A stretch of DNA of 64,000 nt, from assembly GCA_000091205.1 (NCBI GenBank), contig AP006493.2. The stretch is one strand, 5' to 3'. The first letter of the stretch is position 1. Every line of letters starts with the position of its first letter. The translations under genes were made by a program, and so were the position numbers. The notes under the pieces are model-generated. The model had not been told where the DNA came from. It worked only from the letters and a program-made list of their open reading frames with translations, and made no database searches. This document shows positions 55,891 to 64,000 of the stretch, one piece after another. This DNA comes from Cyanidioschyzon merolae. Its lineage: Eukaryota.

Positions 55891-56937
55891 TCACAGTCCC
55901 TGCTCGTCGTTCGATGAACTGCTGCTCGCCGAATGACTACTGACTCCAGAGCATTCCTCAGCATCCGATCCGGATATGGACGCATTCCAGTCGGAGCTTT
56001 GAGCTGACATGGCATCAGCATCGTCGTCGTCGTCGTCGTCGTCGTCCTCAGCTGCAAAAGCACCCAACGCGACTGATGCGTCTGCCTCAGGGCCATTGGT
56101 AAGGCTTTGAAGCGCAAGCGCCCGTTCAGCCATCCACAAGTCAGCGGGATTCGCTGGCTTCGCCAGCGGCCCTTGAGCTCGCACTTCGAAAAATGCGACG
56201 ATGCTCCGCTCGACGACAATGATGCGCGCGGAGCTCGGCTCCGCTGCCTCTGCTAGGTGTCGCATCTGCGCAGCCGTCCACACGGGTGCGCTAAAAGGCA
56301 GAACAACTGCCCGAAAGAGCGGCACACCAGGCATGCTGCGCTTGAAGTTGCCCGGTGGCCACACATCGTAGTGGAAGGGGACGCGATCCCCTTGAAAAGC
56401 TGATGCGAATGGAGCCCCAACAATGGCGGCAGCGCGTGTATCTGATAGACTTCGTCGCACATGATATCCCAGACGGCGCAGGTACGCATACGCGTAGTAG
56501 TGCTCCAGCGGGATGCGTTCATAGAGCAAGAGCGCAAAACATCGCTCCACGGAAGTCGCGATGCCGTCAACCAGTAGATCCGCAGAACTGCGATCCACCA
56601 GAAACACAGCCTCCTCGGGGTAGAGCCAGTGTTCAGGACCCCGCACAATACCCAGTGACTGGAAGATCTTACCTCGCGGCTGGCGAACGAGGGCCATATG
56701 GTGAGCAGGGCTCCACTCCAGCACCGCCAGATGTTTCGTCGAAACCGTTTTGGGTGCTCCTGCAAAACGGAAAATCTCATAACGTCGACGGTTAAGTCGC
56801 TTTCGCTGACTAGAGCTCAGCTCAGCGGTATTAATGGGAGCCTGAGCTTCATCTTTCACGCCACGACGGGGCAAACCGCGTTTGAACTGCCACCACAGAA
56901 CGGCGGTGTCTTCAGCGCCACCCCGCTGATTTCGCAT
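55891..56937 (-). CDS. SEN54: tRNA-splicing endonuclease subunit Sen54-like protein with an internal poly-Asp tract
   Basis: PEHWLYPEEAVFLVDRSSADLLVDG matches the conserved Sen54 LLPEEALYLLERGSL block. The C-terminal FHYDVWPPGNFKRSMPGVPLFRAVV matches the Sen54 YxVYKPxxxFKKSxPGxPDF block. The acidic tail includes D9. Confidence 0.55.
   Translation of the reverse strand: MRNQRGGAEDTAVLWWQFKRGLPRRGVKDEAQAPINTAELSSSQRKRLNRRRYEIFRFAGAPKTVSTKHLAVLEWSPAHHMALVRQPRGKIFQSLGIVRGPEHWLYPEEAVFLVDRSSADLLVDGIATSVERCFALLLYERIPLEHYYAYAYLRRLGYHVRRSLSDTRAAAIVGAPFASAFQGDRVPFHYDVWPPGNFKRSMPGVPLFRAVVLPFSAPVWTAAQMRHLAEAAEPSSARIIVVERSIVAFFEVRAQGPLAKPANPADLWMAERALALQSLTNGPEADASVALGAFAAEDDDDDDDDDADAMSAQSSDWNASISGSDAEECSGVSSHSASSSSSNDEQGL
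56019..56047. repeat. (GTC)n trinucleotide microsatellite, about 9 units, encoding poly-Asp on the minus strand
   Basis: 'tcgtcgtcgtcgtcgtcgtcgtcgtcgtc' lies within the Sen54-like ORF (DDDDDDDDD). Confidence 0.9.
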
Positions 56938-58852
56938 TTATCTAACCTGAACCCGAGACCCCTCCAAGTTAAAGAGCGTCTCGACTGATGACTTTAAAGA
57001 ACTCGGCGAACCCTGAACCAGAGCAGACCGGAACTCGTAAAATCGATCGTTTTTGTTGCCGCCCTGCAACCGGGCCAGATGGAAACGTGATATTGAGCTG
57101 GTTGCCCGGTTCCTGCCATCCGATTTCTTTCCGAACTTTTTTTCGTAGATACACGGCCTCGATATTCCAATTCAGCACTAGGGGTTTACGAATCAATATG
57201 CAGGTTTTGAACTGGCGGTCGTGTTGTTGGGGTGGCTCCGTCTACTCTTTGCGGATGGAGTGCGTTAGACCACCGGCATCAGGATGATTCGCGAAGCATT
57301 CGAGCTGCGGTTCCTGAAATAACCGATACCATTATCCCGTTTACATGAACAGGCACCCAGTCTTCTCCATTTGTTCCGTTTACCATGCTCGAATCCCGTT
57401 TGTTTCAAGTTTTCGATCTTTCGCTTCCAAGGCAACTCAAGGGCGCAGCAGTATGCCCTGCAGCATTGACGAGGAAAAAACTCGACGAATTCCCTGGACG
57501 ACATCTGCTAAGGCTTATGCCAAAAGTTCGCTGAACTTTAAATCCTAAGAATCTATATAGGTTGATACACAAACCACTCTCGCTTTGTGTTCATCCATGA
57601 AACGTCATTCAACAGCCACAGGATAACGCTTACGAAACATATTTGGAGAGGCTCCCGTCTCTCCTGTGTGCATGGAGAAGCGTATCGGATACGGAATTGA
57701 GTCGTTACACCGACCGGCCAGTAGTGGAGCGCCCATCACCGCTATGCATGAAAGGAACTAAGACGGACGACAAATTCTCAACTTGTTCTCCAGCCTGGAT
57801 TATCCTTCCAGTATTTTTTATCATCAAGGACCAGCTCGTGCTCAACAAATCCTCTATCGAATGCGACCGCGCGCGCTTAGGTGAATAGCGGACAACATAC
57901 TCGGTGTAGGGATCGCGCAGAAGAGACTCGTTGTCATGATGCACGACGCCGACCGCGGAACCGCAGGAGGTTTTTCATGGGAGTCGTCTGTGGCCGTCAA
58001 TGGCATGTACCTGGCGACAATGAAAGCGCTCACACACCACAGGGTCAGTCTCGGAGGAGGAGGCGTAGGTGCGGTAGACCGACGAAAAAGTTTTGGACGC
58101 AGTCAGCTGGACCGCTGCAAAATGCTCACCGCGGCCGTAAACAAAGAGGACGAACATGGCAACCGAACAGGAGATCGCAACTTCCCCAAACGCATGAAAT
58201 GTATCAACAGCAGCCGGAAGCAGCGAAATAGGGACTTGCACGCTCCCGTCAAGAAGCTTCGATCTCTGACATCAGCGCAAGACGAAAAACAGAAACGGGC
58301 GTGGGTAAAACCGGAGATTAGAGAGAGAAGAGGCAACAGTCGCATCACAAGTCCGCCAAGGCAGATGTTGACACCAGCGGGAGGCGCCTCAAACCTCATT
58401 CTATCTGCCTGCGTTTCTGGACGAATTCCATTTGACGCTGACCTGGTTATAGTCCCTGCGTGCTCGACGATGCTGGGCTTTGCTTACGCGCTGGTGAGAA
58501 TGCGCGCTCTTTTCGAAGTTTGAATATCCAGAACGCAGGAAACTTGGCTGGATGCTACTTGAGAATGTCTGCTGTGGGAAAGCCGGGAATCCACCGAAGC
58601 AGCAGGCAACATTTGTGGCGCATTCACACCTCTGCACCCCAAAGGCAATAATATGTGTATTTACGCTACGGCCGATGTAGAACTGTTTTCTTGCAAATGC
58701 GTCGCAATCTCTGAATCGTTCAACGCCTCAGCTTTCTGTAGCTTGACTTCCCAAACACCATTCCAGTCGTCGAGTGCGCGGGCGCTCGCCACTACTCCAT
58801 GCACAATACAGACCTGCTACTGTCTCGCAGCGTACACTGCACTGCCCTGGGA

Positions 58853-60421
58853 TCAGGTATCCTCGCGTTGGTCTAGTTGCGCAAGCAGCCTATCCATGCA
58901 GACGCTAGTCCAGGCAACGAAACGGTCTCGTTCATGCTTACGGGCGGGAACGATCGCCGCATCCGCCGTCTCGCCCGAGTTTGTGGCGTTCGCAGCACCA
59001 GCGGCTGCCGCTGCCACAGCAGTCGAACGAGTTGCCAGCGAATCGACCAGCTCGAAGGATTCCCCATAGGGTTTCGACTCCAAGGAAAAGCGTGGCGCAA
59101 CCCGCGGTGCATGACGCGTACCACCGGTAGACCACTGGCGTTTCTTTTCGTTCACGTAGACATCTCGCTGCCAGAGCCACCGGGGCACGGCACCGTCGGA
59201 TGGCGGGATACGAGTCACCAAGTAGACGGTTTCGCTGCGGTGCGCTTTCTGGCCCCGAAACTCGGCAACAACGGCGTTACTGTTCAGATGAATCAACCCG
59301 ACGCTACCATTTTCGTTACCGTAGGCAAGTATGGAGCCATCCTCGACGAGAGCCAGTGTGCGAATAGCCCGCTTTTCTGGCACATCCCGCTCGGTGAAGC
59401 CACGAAGCCACGAGGTCGATGTGGTGGCACTATGCCCGTCGCTCTCGAGATTGACTAGCGGTTTCTTGATCAGCAGCGTGCGCGTTGAATCAAGACTCAA
59501 AGACGGCAAACAAATGCGGAGCACATCGCCGGTAATGTGACCCACGTACGCGGCCCTCTCGAAAACGTCATCCACCACCAGGCTAGTTCCTTGCATACTC
59601 AGATGGATGTTCGCCAGCTGCATGCCGGTGGGAAAGTCGAGAATCCGCAATGTCCTGTCTCGCCCGAGGCTATATATTCGGGCGGTATGCAGTTGCCAGG
59701 CAGCGCCCAGATGGAGCGCAACTACTGCACCAGCATGTACCGCAGGGAAACGGCGCCATGGTTGGTGCGTCTGCCCCGCAAACAGCTCCGATGTCGCCCA
59801 AACCGTGATACTCCCGTCTTCGCCTCCAGTTACAAGGAACGCATCATCTAGAGTGAACACCAGCGTTGTCACCGCGAGAAGCTGCAGCTCCCAAGCGGCA
59901 GCCGACTGATGCCCGGTTTCAGTGTTTGCGGCGGCACTGCTTGGTCCCGATCCCGCACTGGGCGCAAGCAGGACTCCAGTGTGCAGGTCCCACAGGTACC
60001 CGAGACCCTGCGCTGTGCCCGCAGCTAGAAAGTGGCCTCCGTGGGAACACGCCAGGGCCGTTAGGTTCTCGCCCAGCGTCACCTGGGCGACTTCCGAGTC
60101 GCGCTCTAGCGTGAAAAATTTAATGCAGCTCTTATGGAGACCGGTGTTCACTCCAAACACATATCGATCCCAGGTAGCAGGCGACGCAAGCACAGGGCAA
60201 AATGTTTGAGCACGTAACGAGCCCGACACCTCAGGGGCCGCAGCGCGTCCTATACCTAGTCGCTGAGCGCCTGTTGGCCGAGTGAGCTGCAGCTCGCGTC
60301 GCACGACTCGCTCTCGCGTGTTCCAGAGGAGTGCCCTGCCGGACGATCCGTCCTCAGAAACGGATACGGAGAGTACATCAGAACCTAAATAGGCACTCAT
60401 CCATGGTTTTCTCAGTGCCAA
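58853..60421 (-). CDS. WD40-repeat protein (possibly WDR18/Ipi3-like pre-rRNA processing factor; family uncertain)
   Basis: 522-aa ORF with WD-like blocks (LVTGGEDGSITVWATSEL, LAAGTAQGLGYLWDLHTG, ILAYGNENGSVGLIHL) followed by a C-terminal non-WD region. Confidence 0.55.
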   Translation of the reverse strand: MALRKPWMSAYLGSDVLSVSVSEDGSSGRALLWNTRERVVRRELQLTRPTGAQRLGIGRAAAPEVSGSLRAQTFCPVLASPATWDRYVFGVNTGLHKSCIKFFTLERDSEVAQVTLGENLTALACSHGGHFLAAGTAQGLGYLWDLHTGVLLAPSAGSGPSSAAANTETGHQSAAAWELQLLAVTTLVFTLDDAFLVTGGEDGSITVWATSELFAGQTHQPWRRFPAVHAGAVVALHLGAAWQLHTARIYSLGRDRTLRILDFPTGMQLANIHLSMQGTSLVVDDVFERAAYVGHITGDVLRICLPSLSLDSTRTLLIKKPLVNLESDGHSATTSTSWLRGFTERDVPEKRAIRTLALVEDGSILAYGNENGSVGLIHLNSNAVVAEFRGQKAHRSETVYLVTRIPPSDGAVPRWLWQRDVYVNEKKRQWSTGGTRHAPRVAPRFSLESKPYGESFELVDSLATRSTAVAAAAAGAANATNSGETADAAIVPARKHERDRFVAWTSVCMDRLLAQLDQREDT

Positions 60422-62559
60422 TAGAAGCTGGGCCTTTTCAGGACAACGCCTCGCCCCCGGCTATTGACCGCTGGGGGCGTAGATTGTATCGGTGAGCGTC
60501 GCCGCAGCCGCCGGCCTCACGATGGCATCCGACCGTCGCAGTCTTGGCATGATGCCTTGGAAAAGCGACCGCTGGCTGCTGTCTGCAGGACGAACAGACC
60601 AGCGCATTCTGACAGACGCTTCGACGTTGGAGACGCTTCAGTCACGAATTTTCCCTGGGAATAGAGGCTATGTGTCGAGCAATCGCCAGTGTACCGAGTC
60701 GGCCTTGCGCGCTGCGCCCGTGTCAGGGATGCATGGAACACCGAAATGCATGCGCTGTTCCCGCCTTGCGATTCATTATACGAACGATTGTCGAAATGCA
60801 CCGTCGGTATTCCGTGATACAGCAACAAGGGCTTATGGAACGATACGTAGGTTTGGGAATTTGAGTCTTTTTTGTCCGAGCGGCTTCTTCGACTCGTTGG
60901 GGCTGAAATGCGTTACGTCACCGAAATAAAAGGGATTCGCGGCGCATTCGAAAGAACGTTCGTAAATAATCAATACCGATATTCATTTCTCTATGTGGAA
61001 TTCTCTACATTTCTGCTCTTTTCACGTCTGGCATGCCCAAATGACGCATGCGTACGCTGTTTGATCTTTCTTTTTCGAAGCATCTCGTTGATGCAGCAAC
61101 GTGCACCGCTAGATTGTTAACGAAAGAAACTTGACTTCGTTTCCTGGCGGCTTGTCCACAAAATCGATGCAGTAGCTTCACTGAATTCGTCACGAAATAA
61201 ACATCGATTTCGTTCGAAAGACGAGGTCTCCACTATTTCTGACCATCCACCAAGGACATTCGATAGCAGGAGCATGATACCTCTCGAGGCACGTGCACGC
61301 AGAGGCTGCCTTGTTTTCTGTTTTCACGGAAACTTGTCCTGGACTTGGACTTGAATGATCACAGCGATCACTTTCAGTGGAGCATATATGACTAGTCTGT
61401 ACTACGTGAGCCTAGACATATCAAATTCTCTCGACTTGGTCCCCTTCATGGATTTTAGCCTCTGGTACATGTTTCGTCATGGGTGACATCGGGTTTCACA
61501 TATTCTTGTCTATTCGTAAAAACAGCAGGGAACAGAAGGCGGATCAAGTTATGCATTTGAAGAAACGCTTCATCGTTCATTCCGTCTAAGACCGTCTTCT
61601 CGACCGTGAAGAACAGGCTCAGGGAAGCAAAACCAATATTTGGACAACTCAGATTGTCCTTGAAACGAACATGTGGAAAGTGCTTCCGGTGCGTAAACTT
61701 ACCACTAAACAGCGAGGATGGGGAAGAACAACAGAACGGACCGCTAGTTGGTGACTTGTTCATCGATGCTGTCCATCGCCCGCAGCACGAGATAAAACGG
61801 GGCATCATTCACGTCTATTCGGAAGTTCACTTGAGCGGTATAAGATCCCGCGCGCCGAGATTGAGATCTTTTCAGAGAAAAATGTACCCGCCAACCCGAG
61901 CGACGAATCCAACCGCATGCCAGATGCGGCAATGACAGGAACGTCCGGTTCCCTTCTGCTCTGCATAGCATTGCGATCCTGGGAGCCGAATGGCGATACA
62001 AGCGCGCTCCATCGGGCGCCATTGACGGGTACTAACCTACAAGTCACTTGCAGCCTTTCGAGAAAAGATAACGAATTATCAGTACATTAACGAAGAAGGG
62101 ACACCAATAGAGGACTCTACAATAGCGAAAGAGGCCCAACGGGATACAGAAGAAAAGACACAATGGCATCATGATCCACATGCCAGAAGAGTAACCAGAG
62201 AAAGTAGCTCAGGAAAGAGCCCGAAGAAGAAGAAGACCAACAAGAGAAAACAGAAGAATAGAGAGAAGAACTCCCAAACGGGCCCATCACAAGTGATCCC
62301 CAGAAAGAGCACCCAAGTGGGAACTCAAGAAAGCTGCCACCAAACCCAGTCACCTACTCACAGCGCTGTAGATCCGAAAAGCCGTGCATACAAATCTTTA
62401 GACCAATTGGCACGCGAGTTTGTAGCTGGGAATCAGAAGATCGCCAGAGAACTGGGACGGCTGGCACCAGAACGCAACAGTTGCAAAGCGCAGAACCTGA
62501 AACGACGTACCAAAACTCGGATTGATGGATGCTACCGACTCAACAAGATCGTCAACCGC

Positions 62560-62815
62560 ACCGCCATACGTGCCAACGCCGGAGACAAGGAAGCGAAGGC
62601 AGCGCTACCGGCGCTATTGCGGGCGATCAGGGCAGGCGCTCGGTGCACGATTTTACGTATGAAACGACCAGAATATCCGAGAAGAAGTATGGGTAATGTA
62701 ACTTGGAGGTGGGCGGTTTGATGGATACTTCACCGCACACTAACAAAAAAGAAAAGAAAAATGCGCATAATCGGAGAACGATGGCCTAAGTAAACGTTTT
62801 GTCAATGAAAACAAA
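62560..62815. repeat. Dispersed repeat family D, copy 3 (inverted), adjacent to the second Fanzor-like relic
   Basis: The reverse complement aligns to copies 1 and 2 ('...gaaaagaaaaatgcgcataatcggagaacg...' against the rc of 'cgttctcagattacgcgcatttttttt'). ORF 62293..62721 ends ...MKRPEYPRRSMGNVT, and ORF 15968..16207(-) has ...MKRPEYQRRSIANVT. Confidence 0.65.
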
Positions 62816-63037
62816 ATCGCAATACCCAAGCGTGCGGAAGATGGTAACGACTGTAACTTACGTCAGAAGGACATGCGTCTGTTGAGGTCCTGGAGAGCAA
62901 GATACTATCGAGAATCGGGAATAATGAATGCGAGGACAAAAATCGAGATATGGAATGCAGGAATGAAGGATCACCCCTGGAAGCTAGGAGCGAGGTGACG
63001 AGCCTAGGAGCGGACCTTCAAGCTTTTCGGAAGTTTC

Positions 63038-63580
63038 ATGGAAGTTAGCGTTGTTCATTGGGAGGCGCTGTGGAATGAATATACAAAGCCCCGGTGGGCT
63101 CGTCTGCGTATGAATCTATATTGTGGGAAGCGGCGTGCATTTGACAACTTTTTTAGTTCGTTGAGCGCCTTGAAGGAGAATGAAAATCAGAGGCTCGTAA
63201 TTGCGTATGGAGCAGGGCGCTGGAAGACCCAATAAGGGATTACGCCAGCTCCAACGATGAGAACGTACACGGAGTGTGCACGTCGTTTTGTTACGATACC
63301 TGTAGAAGAGTTCCGAACGTCCTAGACACACCATAATCTGGGGTGTACGCTCCAGCGGGTTGAGATGAAAAAGCGCCAGCGGAGCTCTGAGGATATAAAA
63401 AAGTACGGAGCACTGACGGAAGAGCAAATGGAAAGGAAAGCGAAATTTCGAGGATTGCTTGCATGAGTAAGTACAACGAATGATGGCAAGAAACGTATGG
63501 AGTTTGTGAACCGGGACTTGAATGCCGCGATCAGTGTGCGGAGATATGCGTTGATGGAGACGAGGTCTACAGAGTAGACA
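63038..63580 (+). pseudogene. Degraded, frameshifted TnpB/Fanzor-like RuvC nuclease gene relic (copy 2)
   Basis: ORF 63038..63235 gives RWARLRMNLYCGKRRAFDNFFSSLSALKENENQRLVIAYGAGRWKTQ (RuvC-II-like region; compare TnpB R..kR.D.lHK.s...vi.iEdL and Fanzor vIaiGDw). A shifted frame gives ...TMRTYTECARRFVTIPVEEFRTS (like G..VV.V.E.YTSQ). A further shifted frame at ~63497 gives MEFVNRDLNAAISVRRYAL (RuvC-III-like). It is about 75% identical to the relic at 53300-54500. Confidence 0.4.
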
Positions 63581-64000
63581 AGAGTGAATTTTCTTGGACA
63601 ACCACGCAAAGTGGATTTATATTGGAAAAAGTTGGAAGTATTAGATGGCCGCTCGAGAACACCTGGAAGGCACCTGCACGTCAGCTGTAGACGTCTTGTC
63701 TAGGGCGGTTTACTCGCCACTACTGTGCACTGCCGGCGGCATCGTTTTTCTTTTCAAGGGCGTTCGGTTTCGGAGGTGATGAACTTTTCGTGTTCCGGAA
63801 CAAAAGCACTAAAACGTTGCCGTTCCCGGAGCTGGGGTATTTGCTTAGTCGTTTTCAACTTTTCCGTGTAGACGACTGAGGTATTACGCGTTATACTGGG
63901 CTGCAGAGGGGAGCACAAAAGCTCCGCAAGCAAACTCGAAGGTATTTTAGGTAGCCTGATCGAAACGCAGAAGCGCTGGTCCGTAACTTCCCGGGTACGA

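Noticed and set aside
23405-60421. Functional clustering of RNA-surveillance genes (NEMF, TOE1-like, Sen54, WDR18-like, HAT protein) as a co-regulated system
   Set aside because: These are ubiquitous single-copy eukaryotic housekeeping genes, spread over 37 kb on both strands and interspersed with unrelated genes. There is no sequence evidence of linkage beyond chance.
62293-62721. 142-aa ORF as a gene (ends MKRPEYPRRSMGNVT)
   Set aside because: It lies within the inverted family-D repeat copy. The shared peptide with ORF 15968..16207 is a by-product of repeat homology, not evidence of a conserved protein.

Overview
This window is eukaryotic nuclear DNA, not a prokaryotic locus. It is GC-rich (roughly mid-50s %) and intron-poor. 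It carries about 18 housekeeping protein-coding genes, roughly one per 3.4 kb, on both strands and mostly as single uninterrupted ORFs. Each gene was recognised from family-specific motifs in the supplied translations. The genes are: DNA ligase I (KYDGERAQIH active site), an MFSD1-like MFS transporter, a TauE/SafE (TSUP) permease, an endosulfine/ARPP-19 family protein, a CAF1/PARN-family deadenylase with a CCCH zinc finger (TOE1-like), NEMF/Rqc2 (NFACT-N and NFACT-R), phosphatidylserine decarboxylase, ATP phosphoribosyltransferase HisG, an SDR oxidoreductase, an SLC35/TPT transporter, bacterial-type RadA/Sms, a HAT-repeat protein, the E2 enzyme Rad6/UBC2, a Sen54-like tRNA-splicing endonuclease subunit, and a WD40 protein. 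HisG is split by one canonical GTAAGT...CAG intron of about 1.3 kb. The long transit-peptide-like N-terminus on HisG and the organelle-type RadA hint at a photosynthetic or alga-like host, but that is speculation. Between the genes lie several families of old dispersed repeats at roughly 75-85% identity, plus one young pair of near-identical ~1.33 kb direct repeats bracketing the SDR and TPT genes. Two degraded, frameshifted copies of a TnpB/Fanzor-like RuvC nuclease gene are present; they keep a recognisable C-terminal N-R-D-x-N-A-A-I-S motif. There are also microsatellites: (GCGT)24 upstream of the ligase, (GCA)10 in the HisG intron and (GTC)9 encoding poly-Asp. I found no intact novel multi-gene system. 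The most interesting material is the transposon-derived content (the Fanzor-like relics and the repeat-flanked gene pair). All coordinates for repeats are approximate (±5 bp) because they were read by eye.
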